A DNA stretch of 64,000 nucleotides from Raillietiella orientalis (lineage: Eukaryota), in contig JAYWIR010000015.1 in NCBI GenBank assembly GCA_036172245.1, positions 1,612,001 to 1,676,000 on the forward strand. The letters run 5' to 3'. Position numbers and translations under genes: made by a program. A model generated the notes under the pieces. It was given only the letters and a program-made list of their open reading frames with translations. It was not told the DNA's origin and searched no databases. Positions 10,901-23,689 of this stretch are shown in pieces. Each line of letters begins with the position of its first letter. The first letter of the stretch is position 1.

Positions 10901-13900
10901 GCCCTGCGTGCTCACGACCCGCGGCCTCTGATTCCGGAGGAGAAACATGCGCAGCACCCTGCCACGGGCGCAGATCCCGGGTGACGCCCATCTTCGTATC
11001 CACCGCTGCTGGCAAGGCGCTCGTCGTCGTCGCATTCGAGGAGCACGCCAAGTGAGCGGCGATGGTGAGGTGAAGGAAGAAGCGGCAGGGCGTTCCTACC
11101 TCCTCCTCCGCGACCGCTCCCATGGACGTGTGCGCGAGCTCTCAATACGGAAGCTTCCTCCAGGACATCTTCCGAAGGCTCAGGCGCGGAATGTTCCTTG
11201 GTTTCCGGATTTTTCATATTTCTCTTTGTCTCTTCTTTGGCGGGAGAGGGTAGGAAGGAGGAGGAGGAAGGGACAAGGTCTTGAGGTCTTCAACGCTCCT
11301 CGCAAGTCTAGCAGGAGTCGCAAGCAGCTTCGGAGTCTCGGGAGTGCACCAGAAACGGTCCAATGGCTTTCGGCTCCGGAGGTCTCGGGGTATGAGGAGG
11401 TCGTCGCTCCAGAGACCCCACCGGAGGGCTCCGAAGAAGAAACCGCCGCCGCCGCCGCTCGAGTTAAAAGCGCCCGGCCTCCCCCGTCGGGAGAACGTTC
11501 TAGGCGAAGCGGAAGAGAGTGGTCTCCCGGGTCGTAGGCGGCTGCGGGGGAGGAGGCACAAGAGCGGTTCCCTTGCCCTCATTCCTGCGTCGCCTCGGAG
11601 GCAGGCGGGGCGGGGCTGCTCGCCTCCTTCTCTCCCTATGGAGAATTCGCGAAGGCAGAAGGTGCAGGAGGGAAGAAGAGAGGTCCACTGCCGCAACCCG
11701 CGGGCGTCGTGTTCACCCGTCCTTGTTTTCCTAGTCCCCTACGCTCCTTCCTCTTCGGTCGATGTCTCCTGTCGCGAGCAAAGAGGGCACGTTTGTGTCG
11801 ATGGAGCAGCAGCAGCAGCGGCGTTCCTCGAAACTGCGTAGGGCGACTGCCCAGCGGGAGGTGGCGGCGGGCAGACGCGAGGGCGCGACCGAGAAGAGCG
11901 GACTGCCCCTCGCCCGGAGAGATCGCCTCTTCCAGAACCACCCCCCGATGCGCCGCTATTTCCGAAAAGAGGAAGGGAGCTGGGGGAGGGGGGGGGAAGA
12001 TGGAGGCGACCGCGCCGTTTGCAGCCAGCGCCTCCGCTGCTCACCTGTGGAAGGTGGGCTCGTAGCCAGGGGGGCAGTCCTCAGAGGAGAACCACGAGGG
12101 CACTTCCCATCCGTTCGAGAAGCCCATGTGGGCCCCCGAGCGAACTAGGACGTCGTGCAGGCCGCTCCTCCTCCTCGTCGGCCGACCTGTGGACACGCGC
12201 GCTGTCAGAAAGCTCAACGCCGAGGGGCAGAGTGGAAGGACGAAAGTAAAACTCCCGGTCGGGAGGGGGATGTCCCCGATGAACAGGAACGCACACCGGG
12301 AGCAGGAGAGCGGATGCGAAGGACAAAGAAGAAGGGGGGGGAGGCGAATGCTGCGGCAGCAGCTGCTCCATCCAGGATGTCGCTCTTTCCCTGGGCCGCA
12401 GCGAGAAAAAAAAAAAAAAAACGATAAGGAGTGACGCGTCTTCCTCTCGCCGGTCGCTTTTGCCCCACCCCCTTCCTTCTTCCCGAGGCGAGGAATCCGG
12501 GTGAGGCGCGAATCGAGGGGGAGGGGGAGGGGGAAAGAAATTCTGCCCCTCCGCCACCGCGCCTTCCCTCTTCCGCGTGATCGGCCCTCCGGCACTATGC
12601 CCGGAGACCGCGAACGAAGATGGAGGACGGTGGAAGTTGGGCAAGCAGAGCAACGTGGCGCATCCTGCGTCTCGGAACCCCCACCGCAGTGACCTCGCAG
12701 TCTGCCGAGTGAACCGCCGAAGCAAAAAAAAAAAAAAAGGAAAAACAAAAACGAGCGCCGCACAGACGGGTAGAGAGACGGCGATCGGCGTTATTGCTGG
12801 CCCTCTCCGCCGCTCGCAAGGTCTCGCGATGTTCCAATGGTGACGCGGAAAGTGGGCCGGATGCACACCGCAAGCTTCGGACGCTGCTCTGCTTGCGAAG
12901 ATATCCATTCTGTCTCCGTGAACAAGGGAGGAGACGGGGAGCAGAAGGGAACACAGAAACACAGGTGATGGAGGGAGGGGAGGGGGGAGGGAACAGGGGA
13001 GGGCTGAGTCCCCCCGGATTGCAGGCAGACTTTCCTGAAACTGGGGAAGCCCCGCAGGTTTCAGCGTGGCAGCGTGAAACGCATGCGTGCTGCTTGCCGG
13101 AAGAGCCTGCGAAGAAAGTCCAGGAATGATGGCAAGGATGGTCAGCCACAGCGCTCCAACAACCTCCCGGCCGACGTATGCTCATTCCCTCGCAACCCAT
13201 CTTTGCTCGAAGACCCCTGCTCTCATCTTCGCGACAGAAACGCGTGGCAACTCTTCGAGGAGGGAGAGCTGAGCGACCATTCCGTCGTGCGGAGACCTCG
13301 GGTGTACCCAACCTGGCAGGTTTTTCGAGAGCGACGGAGCCGGAGGATCGCTGGGATGGCGGGAGGCGTTCCACGGAGATGGCAGAAGCGGCGAGCGCGT
13401 GCGCGCGGAACACCCTCCTCACGATGGGGGCGGCGGGGACGAAAGGCGCTCTTCTCAGCACGCCTCGTGAAGCGAGGAGGGAAGACGTTTGGGGACTGGG
13501 GGGAACCGCGCGCCGCCGCCCGAGGTGAATCAGAGCGAGAAGGCGGCTTCGGGACCGGGAGCAAAGAGCGGAGAGCAGCAGCAGCAAGCAGCCAGGAGGG
13601 CTCGGGGACGCTGAGAGGAAGGGAAGGCGATCGGGAAGGACGGCCGCCTGCTGCTTCCGCCTGCGGGAACGACACACAACAACGAAAAGACAGGAAGCGA
13701 CGGGAAGGTGCGATCGCGAGCTGCTTGCAAACCGCATCCGCGTCGTCGCCGAGCGAACGTTCCCCCAACAATGCAGCGTTCCTTGCATTGTTGTCGAACG
13801 GAAGCTCCGCTCCCTTTGTTGCCGAGCGCCACCATTCCGCCCGACCGTTGCGAAGCGCATTTTTCTGAAGCATTTTGAAACATATCGTTCGCAATATTCG

Positions 13901-16900
13901 TGTGGATAGGAGGAGGCTGCGATCGCGCCATCCCGCGCGGATTCGTTTTTGAGGATGCAGATCGTGTTCCATGCAAACCCGAATTCGGTTCATGCGGGCG
14001 AGGGCTAAAACGAAAAGACACCTTCTCACATCAGAGCGAAAAATTTTCCATTCCGAGCGAGAAAACTGCTATAGAGGAAGGAAATGTCGGAAGAACGGGG
14101 GTTAGGAAGGGATCGGAAAGCCTGATGAATCCGGAAAGAATGTTCGCTAGCCGCCCAATCCACTTTCGGGAAAGTTCACTGAAGACTTGCTTGCAGATCA
14201 ACAAAAGGGCATCTGAAGAAGCCGAGAACAGTAACAGGGGCTGTGATAACGTGCAAGTGGAGGAGGTCATCCTCAAGGGATCGGAAGATGTCTTTCGGAC
14301 CGTTGCGAAGCCGAAAACTGTGGACGTGCACCCTAACCTCTACCGAGGCCCGCCAATACTCCCAGACACGATCAGGCATTCTGCGTCGACAAACACAAAC
14401 GAAAATTTGAGGGAAAGAAAGAGCTACGCTGCTGACATGCCGCGAAAAGCAATGAACATGTTTTTGTCGATGTAAGATTCCTTGAATGGTAATATTTGGA
14501 ATCTTTTTGTTTGCATTTTGCTCTCTGCAACTACTCTGCAACTTTCTCGACAATAAATTCGGGTCTTTAAATGGATTCTTCTTACTTTTTTATTGTGAAT
14601 ATTTCCTTAACGAGTACACAAAAACTCATCTTTGAAATCTTTCGCTGTCTAAGCTATTGAGCTGCAACCAATTCCATATTTTACACACAGTCACATGTGG
14701 CGAATGGTGCCCACTTCCTCGCACGAATAGCGACCTGCTCAATATATTGGTCTAATAATTAGACCGTCTTATTTGTAAAAAAAAAGGAAAAAGGAAAAAG
14801 AAAAACAGCTAGGTTAGGAGGAAAGTTTTGCTTGCGACAGAGGAGAAACTTTCTTGACTCTTTTCAAAATTGAAGTACTGCTGGCATGCATTGTATTTCG
14901 AACCGAAGTGCGCCGAGGTAACATAAAAGAGGCAAAAAAGAAGCTGAAGTAGCGTTGCACTTACATTGGCTTCTTTTTGGTTTTTGATTTATGCAATGAT
15001 AATTTCCTTATTATGTGCGCTGATTGTTTCATAGGTTGCGTTGCGCAAGAGTCGCGGCGTCATGATCGCGACGGCTGCTGCTACGCCGCAGCAAGTCGCC
15101 CCCTGTAGGGGGAGGGGAGATGTCCCAACTTTGGGAGTCTCCCCCTTTCCCGTGCGGGGAAGCAGCTCCTGTTGATGTTTTTCCTGACCGCCCATTTCGG
15201 GAGACAGGGAGGCGCTTTCCGGAAAGTGTTCCCTCTTCCTCCTCCGCCTTTCCTGGGAAGGTGGAAGGAGAAATCAGCTCTCTCCCTTAGCTTGGCCTCG
15301 GAGAAGGAGGGGAAAGAGTAGGAAGAGCAAAAAAATTGCACGTTCCGAGCCAGCCATCGCTGCGACCACCGTAGACCACTGCCACCACACCGACGGCCAC
15401 CGAAGACGGCCACCCTCCGCATTCCTTCCCCTACCCAACGAGCCCTCCCTCCTCCCCTTTCAAACCAGGTGAAGAAGGGGGGGAGGGCGAACGGTCTCTT
15501 CCCCTTTCCGCCTCCCGGCAACGTCGCCTTTCCGGAGAGGAAGAGCGGCGGCTCCGCACGAGCGTGAGCGCCGCTGCAGACAAAGAGGAAAGGAGAGGGT
15601 GTGGATGTGGGTGGCGACGGAGGGGGATGGGTCTTTACCTGCAAACCTCTCCTCGTAGGGGAAAGTCACCGCGTTGTTCATCCCGTAGGACTCCCTGGCC
15701 TTGGCGATGGTGAAGGGAAGGTCAGCCCACGTTCCGAAGCGGGCGGGGTCGCACTCCCGCAGATCGTATGGGGCCTCTCCGTGGGCGATCCAGTCGGACA
15801 GGAACTTCCCTGCTCCCCCGGCATGAATGATCCCGTACCTGGGAAGCGAGAAATCGCAACCGTGGGGCCCGTCATCCGGAGACGGCGCTCGGGACCTCTG
15901 GGGAGAAGGGAGTGCAGCCTCCCACCACCCTTTGGACCTCGGGAGGGCTTCACGTCCGGGAGGGGAGACGCCCTCCCTTCCCTCCCCACCCCCCTCGAGC
16001 CATACCCGAATCCCACCGCGACCCACAAGTTGGGTCGCGAGGAGGGCCCGATGAGCGGGAGCAGGTCCGGGGCGTAGGTGATGGGTCCGTTGACAACGCT
16101 GCGGATCCCGGCGCGGGCGAAGCAGGGCAGCAGCCGCACCGCCGCCTCCAGGTGCGGGTGCAGCCTGTCCACGTCAGGAGCAAATAGCTCCTTCCCGAAC
16201 CCTGCGGGAGAGGAAGACGGGGGGCAGTGGAAAGGGCGAGATGAGGCGCGCGTTTCTGCCGCCGCTCCTCACCCGTGGGCACCCCTGCCTCCGCCCATTC
16301 CGCGCAGGTCTCCATGGAGTCCTCCGACTCATAGGGCCCGATCAGCAGGCCGTCCTTCTCCTGCCGCGCGTAGAAGCTCCCATCCAGGTGGCGCAGGACG
16401 GGCATCTCCCTCTCCAGGCGCTCCACCTCGGGCACGGGGGACGTCACCACGTACTGGTGTTGCACAGGCACCAGGGGCAGGTCCAGGCCGGCCATCTGCC
16501 CCACCTCCCTGGCCCAGAGACCTGAAAGGAGGGAGCGGTCAGGCGGGAAGGGGAGAGGGGAGAGGAGTACCGCCCTCCACCCCCCTCCCTTCAGGATTTC
16601 CTTCTTGCCTGCGGCGTTCACGACGTGCCTGGTCACCAAAGCGCCCTCGCTGGTGGCGACCTCCCACCGGTCGCCCGGCAGCGCCTTCAGGCCGCGCGCC
16701 TCGACTGGCATCAGTATGCGCGCGCCCTGGGTTCGCGCGCCCTGGGCGAAGGCCTGGGTCAGAGAGTAGGGATCCACGTGGCCGTCGTACGGGGTGTAGA
16801 GGCCACCCAGGATCTGCGGCACAAAGACGTCCTCCGGGTGAGAGAGAGAGAGAAGGAGACGGCGGGAAGGATGCCTGAGCGTTCCTGACGGACAGGGCAG

Positions 16901-19900
16901 GGCGGGGAAGAGGACCCTTCGCCCCATGGACAGAGGCAGGGGGTTCCGAAACACAGGGAACAACGGGTGCAGGGGGGATGGGCGAACTCGAAGGACTCTG
17001 CGCTCGAAGACCCGGGAGGCGGCAGCAGCCCGCCGACCCTTTCCACTCACTTACCCCTTCCATGTCGAGGATCGGGACGAGCCGGACGATCTCCTCAGGG
17101 AGGAGCAGCCTCTGGGGGGCGCCGTGCGGGCCCTTCCGGGAAATCTGGAATCTAAGGTGGTCCGTGAGGCAAGTGGACGGAAGCCCTACACGGGCGGAGA
17201 GCCGCCGGAGGGAAAAAGAGGGGGTTCCCGCATGATGGGGGCCGCTACCGCTTCCTGGCAGCCCGAGGACGAAAAAGGTCAAGAGGAAAGGGCACGACTC
17301 TCCGACCCGAAGTCGCGATCCACCGCCTCCTTCCTTCCCCCCCCCTCCTGGGTCTCCATTCGGGAGGAATCCTCCCGAGGAAAGGGGGAGGGGGTGCAGG
17401 GCCCCTCCTCACCTGATTTCCTCCAAGCGCACGGGCGACGTTGCCAGTCGCAGACTGCCGGGGCGGTGGAACCCGATGTCCTGGCCCGTCTCTCTCTCGA
17501 TGTGCACGTAGGTGCCCACGCTGCAAAGGCGGAGGGGAAAGGGGGAGCATATACCCTCGTCCCTTCCCTCTCGGTTCACCTGCAGTAGTGCAGCGTCCTC
17601 AGGCTGCTGCGAGGGTGGAAGAAGGTGGTTAGGCCCGCGGCGTGCCACGTGGACCCGGCGGTGAGCTCGGACTTCTCCAGTAGGACCACCCTTCTCAGCC
17701 CCTTGGGGAGGGAACACATTCAGGAGATCAGATGGGGGGAAAGAAGGCTCGCGCCGCTATCTTTCTCTCCGGGGACTCCCGACCCTCCCTCCGTCTCGTC
17801 CCGCCCTCTCCGGGAGCGTCGGCCAGGCGGCGGAACAGAGGCGAGAAGATCGCCCCAGGCTTGGCAGGACGGTGGCCTCCTCCCCTTCTCTTCCTCATCC
17901 CCCTCTCCCCTCCCTCCTGAACCTTCCTGATACATTCTTCGTCTGTCCTACCCCTCGAGGCACCCCTCCATCGACTTCTCGATCCACGCTATCTTCAGCT
18001 CACCTCCATCCCTACGTCGACCCCTAATCTCGGCGGACCTCTCCCCTTCAGCCGCAGGTCTTCTTCTAGCTCCTCACCCTCTTTCGTGTCCCTCATCCTT
18101 GGGGGTAAGGATAAACCTCCAACGAATCCTTCCTCCGCTCTCCAGAACTCCCGATCCGGGTCAGCGGATGGAGGAGGCAGAGCAGGAGGAGCCACCGCAC
18201 AAACCTTGTGGTACCCTGGACGCGACGCACGTGATCCTCTTGCCCTCCCGCGCAGCCCGTTCCTCCCCTAAAGCGCACCCTCAGGGCTTTCGTTAGTCGG
18301 AGGAAATACCCCGGATAGGGGGCGAAAGGCCACAAGGAAGAGGGGAAGATCCTTCGAGATGACCTTCCTTTCTCAGTCAGCGCAACAGCAGCCTTGCTGC
18401 TCTGTCACTGCACCCCTCTTCCTCCACCTCCTCCTCCTGCGAGTCGGGGACCTCCTGTCCACAGCAGGTTGTTTCCGCTTCCTTACGGCGGTGCACGTTT
18501 GCGCTCGTTCTCGCCTCTCCCTCCCCTCTCCTTCTCCCCGGCCAGCCAGGGCGGCAAGCAACTCTGGAAAAGATTCGCGCGAAGCAGCAGTTAGGTGGAA
18601 CGGAGAGGGAGGAACGCGAAAGGGAACGCCTTCCTCGTTCCGGATGCTCCGGATGCATGGCGCACAGCCCGAGCGGCTTGAAGGCTGCGTCAAAGCGTCA
18701 CAGGCACTGCGCGACTGCACGTGTGCAAAGCAGCCCGACCCGCACTCCCTAAAGTCCTTCTTAAGACGAGACTGGCCCGCGTCGGAGGCTTTGTGGTTAA
18801 GGTTTCCGCGTGTGGTACCATGCATCGCAGGTTCGAATACTTCGGCAGAAACTCTGACGCCACTGCTCGTCGGGTTCCGAGTTTCTCCTGCAATGGCGCT
18901 GGTTGGCCGAGACATTCGGGCGTGGCACCGGGGAGCCGGAGGCCCCCAATGAAGGCCGAAACAATGGGAGTCGACCTTTGGGTTCTTCCAGAAATCAAGG
19001 AGTAGGGAGTTCCCCCTCCGGTCGTGCAAGGGAGAGCGGACCCCCCGTGCTGCAGAGGGGACTTTCCGAGTCGTCACCTCCCTAGAGAGTGCAAGGAAGC
19101 AAGCGAGAGCGATCCCCCTGCGGGAAGCTGCAGCGCCCCATCTGAATTTCGGAAGCTAATTTTCGGGGTACACTTCAGAGGAGTGAACAGGAGCGGTTCC
19201 CTTGCGGGTTCCCTCCGGAGAAGAAATTTCTACTAGCAGATCCTCTCCGGGTCCCCTTCGGAGAAGATGAAATGGAGAGGACCACCCCCTTTCTTCAAGG
19301 GTCTCTCCGGAGAGAACGAGGAAGGAGATTCCCTTCTGGGTTCCCCTTCGGAGACAACCAGGGTGCGATCCCCCTCCCCAAACGTGAGAGGAACGGACTC
19401 CGAGCCTTCCTGGATTCATAGGGTGGACCTCCTTCCGGAGTGCCCCCCTATCTTGAAGAATAACATCCACCCTCCGCGGGTGGCGTGGAACAGTGTTAAA
19501 GAGCCACGTGCGCTGCGAGGCCCGCGACCGCTCTTGAGGTACTTAGCGAACCAAAAAAAAAAAAAGAAAAACTGAAAAACCTGGAGAAAAAAAAATGCTG
19601 GAAGGGAAAAAAACAGCGAAGAGGGACGCAAAAGGATTTCCATCATCCCTAGGCCAATCGTAACGATCTCCACGTAGGGGTCGCTCCTGGCCTTTTAAAA
19701 AAAAAAAAAAAAAATGACGAGACTGCGCAGCCCGGCAGCTCGCAGATCCACCGCCCCCTCAACGAGATACGGTATTCCCCCTCCCCTTCCCCGAGCATCG
19801 AGGAGGATCCGTGCTGTGGGCAACGCATCTGCCTTTCGTGACAAGCCCTTGAACGACAGCCGGCGCTTCAGCAGTTTTTTTTTTTTTTCCCCTAACGAAG

Positions 19901-20868
19901 GATCCCTAATGTACCCATCGTAAGCATGTGCCACTGGAATGCACCGAAGCCGTTGCGCGAGGTCAAGGCGACAGCAGCAACAAATGGACAATGTTTGCCG
20001 CAACAACGTCTTTGTGCCGATCTGAGAGAAAGGACACTGCGATCGAGGACACACACTTGAGTGTACTCTCAAAAAGCGTGAGCAACGGTGGTTTTGTGAA
20101 CACGCCAAAATCCTGTCTGTCGGTCTCCGGACAGGTCCCAACGGGGACTTCTCTGTCCCTTATCCTGGAAAGGGAAACCATTCCCTTGAACGGAAAAAAA
20201 GATTAGCAACCCTTTGAATGCTATGGACGCATCTACGCCTTTGGCAAATGTTTTGACCTTACTCTCGCGACATAAGTTGACACGATCAACGTTTGAGATG
20301 GACGACGCATACACTTACGTTCTTATAATTACCTTGGCAACAACAGTAAACAAAATTCTGTTTATACCGGCCGACTATTCTCGGTTTGCCTTGGTGTCGT
20401 ATAGAATTCATTGTGTTGTTTCTTATCTTTGTGTTGTCTTGAAAATGTGAATGAATCTTTTTGTTTGTTTCCTTTTTGATTTATTCGAATAACAATTATA
20501 ATTTTTGAAGTAAATATGTTTGGGAAAAATGGAAATATTTTATTTAATGTGGTGTAAATAAACAATTCCAATAGTAACTTAGTAATCGGGTTAGTTAGCG
20601 GGTTAGAGGCTGAAGGTGAGGGCCGCAGACACGCAAACCAGGACGGGAGATCAAGTGCGCCGAGTGTTTGGGGATTCCGCTGATGTTTTGGGGTCAACAC
20701 CGATGCCGCACGCATTCCAATACCACTTGCCTGTTTAGCCAGATGGTAGGCGAGGCTGCACCCTACTATCCCTCCCCCAATGACGACTACATCCTCCACA
20801 GGCGAAGAAACGTTGGAGCAGAGCAAGCGATGAGGCACGCCGGCCTTCCGAACTTGCCTCAGCAGCAT
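7982..20868 (-). CDS. DMGDH: Dimethylglycine dehydrogenase (mitochondrial flavoprotein), 16 exons, about 828 aa
   Basis: Exons 20868-20731, 17701-17580, 17520-17413, 17151-17055, 16813-16609, 16521-16273, 16201-16006, 15838-15639, 12186-12045, 10667-10383, 9093-8934, 8765-8630, 8587-8454, 8406-8275, 8219-8115, 8059-7982 sum to 2487 nt in one open frame. Motifs: Arg-rich presequence-like N-terminus, [16 protein letters not shown] (FAD binding), [12 protein letters not shown] (covalent FAD His), [36 protein letters not shown], and a GCV-T-like C-terminal half. Confidence 0.92.
9234..9986. repeat. GC-rich dispersed direct repeat, copy B (inside DMGDH intron 10)
   Basis: Homologous to 6608-7303, with extra 22-nt, 37-nt and 3-nt segments relative to copy A. 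Confidence 0.9.
13961..14475 (+). other. Possible terminal exon of an unknown gene nested antisense in DMGDH intron 8
   Basis: Stop-free frame of about 170 codons in moderate-GC sequence after a cag acceptor-like site, ending ...[16 protein letters not shown]. It is followed by AT-rich sequence with AATAAA near 14552. No family recognised. Confidence 0.35.
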
Positions 20869-21599
20869 CGCAACACCAGTGTTCTCCTTCAGCAACACAA
20901 CAATAGCGCTGCAGGATTCCCAGCGCGTTATCGTGCACCCGGTCGACTGCGCGTGGGTTCGCACGTTGTGGTGTTTTTGAGCAGTTTGCACGTGAGAGCG
21001 ACTGATAAAAATGTGTGCACATCGAAAATTTGCGGGCGGGAAGCCTCGAACTGCTTTCCCTGAATCAGGTCAGCGTCGAGAGTGCGGGGTAGGAGAGGGG
21101 TGGGGACAGGCAAATGCGCAGGAGATATGCACAAAAGACGGACAACCGAAGACGGAGAATACGTAAACGTACGAGGAACAAACAAGCCCAACAACGTGAG
21201 CACGGAGAATGGGTAGGTTCCTATGAAGGGGGAGGAGAGTGTCGCATCACGAACCCAGCACTGCAATCGTGCCTTAGGGACCACCTGAAATGGGGGAGGA
21301 GAGGTATTTTGCACCCTTACCATCAGCTGGACATTTCTGAATACAAAGAGCGTCATTGCGAATCTCTGGAGCGTGTTTTGTCCGTTTTGACTAGCTTCTC
21401 GGAATAAAAACTCAAGTTCGAGAGACATTCGTGGGCAGTGCGAAAACTCACGTCACGTCACAAACGGACTCTGCTTGTGATGGGAAGCGAGATGGACGAA
21501 TCCAACAGGCCCAACGCACCTTCACGTAGTCACGCCCTCCCGTTTCTGCTTTGAGGTGCCTTGCGAGCTGCTTATTGCTCGCCATTCCTTTACCATCTA

Positions 21600-23400
21600 A
21601 GATGAGACAGCACCATACCAGGACTTCTTCGCTGGGCTGAGCTCTTCAGCGTTCCACCTGAAGTTCTGGAAGTGCACCAGTGATGTTGGGCAGCTCGCTC
21701 CTCCCCCTCAAGGGGCAGAATTCCACGCTGCTGACGTTGCGTTTGGGGCACTCGTGTAATGAGCGCCGTCACCACTGGATGAGGCGCCGAACCGTGCCAT
21801 GGTGCGGGGAGGTGTATTTCCTTTCCGCACCTGCTAGTGCATTCCTCTGCCCTCCGGACACTCTGGGAACGTTTCTCCGCGGTCCTCCCCGTCATTGTGG
21901 ACAGCCTCAGTGACGTTCTGAAGCTCCTCTTTGCGCCGAGTGCCGTGCCTCCGCGGTCGCAGGGCTCTGCTGCCTCCGCGTCTCCGTCGCTGCTAGCAAC
22001 GAAGAGCCGAGACTCCCTTCGCGGTCCACTTCCTAAGGATAGCGACGAGACGGACCCACCTGCAAAGCAACGCACACGCTTGCACAACTCACCGACTACA
22101 GTTACAGGAAACGAGACTTCAGGAGGCCCGAAAAACATGGAGAGGAAAGGGTCGCCATGACATTTCTGCATGTTTCAAAAACCGGACCCGCGTTCCTCTG
22201 GCAACAAAGTCGTTTTGTCGCTTCCTGCAGATGGATCCATCCGAAAGGTACTGTGGATCTCTTGAAGAAGCTACTGGTGCTTGATGCTAGGAGTAAGGAA
22301 GGGACGCAGTTCTGATCTTTTGCATCCATTCTGGAATGGGACATGTTTCCAAGGGCATTGATTTACACACGTATAAAGAAGAAATCGCTCATCGGTAACT
22401 GCTTCCGTTGCGGGTACGACTTCGATCATCCCCGCCACCACTTTAAGCACTGCAGCAGCAGAGAAATTCTTGCGCGGTCTGATGCTCGCTGCCCCAGCCA
22501 AAGAATCACCACTTACTCAGGGACATTGGGACGGGTTGCCCCAATCAACAAGAGGGGGCAAGTGGTGAACCCGTTGAGATGAGAGCGAATTTGAGGGAAA
22601 CTTCCTGGTTCTGAACGTAGGTGACCGCATTCATACCAGCTGAGGGCGGGAAAGGAGGGAGGGAGGAGGCTATGGAACAGCCTAAGGAACCGAGCTTTGA
22701 CCACTTCAGAGGCGCCTCAGAACTGAGGACCCCCATTAACTGTGGCATCAACTGTGGTTCTCGTGGTCAGCGCGCGGAACCGGAAAGAATGATCTGACCA
22801 TTCTTTCCGGTTCACCGGAATCTCCCTCAAAGCTGACAGACTCAATTCAGCGGCCGTCGGCAGTAGCACAGGAGTTCGATTCCTTCTGCTATTGCTAGTA
22901 GCAGTGGCAGCTCACAGAAGACAGCTAGCGATCTCTGGAAGAGTGGCCCTGCCAGGCCATTATTTCCCGGGTTGGTGAACTAAGAGTAGGTGGTGAAGCA
23001 GGTTAAATTCGGCCAAGTCACGCCGTAGCAAGTACATCTCGAAACTTCTGAAATGCGTACAATACGGCTGAGTACAGCCCCGGCGCCACCTTCACCCACC
23101 ACAGGACGCTCTCGATGAAAAGCGTAGCGAGGCAACGGACCTTCATAAATCCTCTTCTTCGGCAACGGGGGAAAAAGATCAGGAATCTCCAAAACAGCCG
23201 AGAGATTTGAAATGAGCGAAAACGAAAGGAAACGACTGACAGTCAAAAGCTGGTTCGGGCAGAGTCCATTTCTTAAAAAACCAAGGCCGATATTCCCCAT
23301 CACGGAAGGCAACGAGACTTCCTCCTGAGCAACAGAAACGGACCAGGGTCCCTTCGGATTCCTTCCTCACTAAATTCACGACTCTTCCCGCTCCTGTTTT
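21600..23400 (+). mobile_element. Degenerate retroelement-like remnant (gag/ORF1-like)
   Basis: Interrupted + frames with a low-complexity S/P/T region (…PPAKQRTR…) followed by a zinc-knuckle-like CFRCG-x-H-x-HC (about 22400-22452). Many stops; no clear reverse transcriptase motif; boundaries approximate. Confidence 0.35.
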
Positions 23401-23689
23401 ATTTCCAAATGCATAGATTGCAAAGGGACAAACGCTTTTATGTCTTGGAACTCTTCATCTCCCACACTTTCCCACTCGTCTCGATAGTCCCTCAACTTAA
23501 GTCCTGCAACAGTCATCTGCATGAACTACATATGTGGATTCTTTAGATGCTCTGAGTATTTGAATTCTTCTATGCCCGAATTCTTTTCACAGGCACGAAA
23601 CACCTTGAACTACGGCGATTGCAGCCAGAACCCTGCTTTAAGAAAATGTAGCCAGTGATCACTCTGGAGCGGCGGGCATTTATCCCAAC

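Noticed and set aside
19206..19354. CRISPR-like repeat-spacer appearance
   Set aside because: Repeats are short and degenerate, there are no cas genes, and the context is a eukaryotic intron.
20586..20610. GGGTTAG/TTAG telomere-like motifs
   Set aside because: Only two or three degenerate units, not an array.
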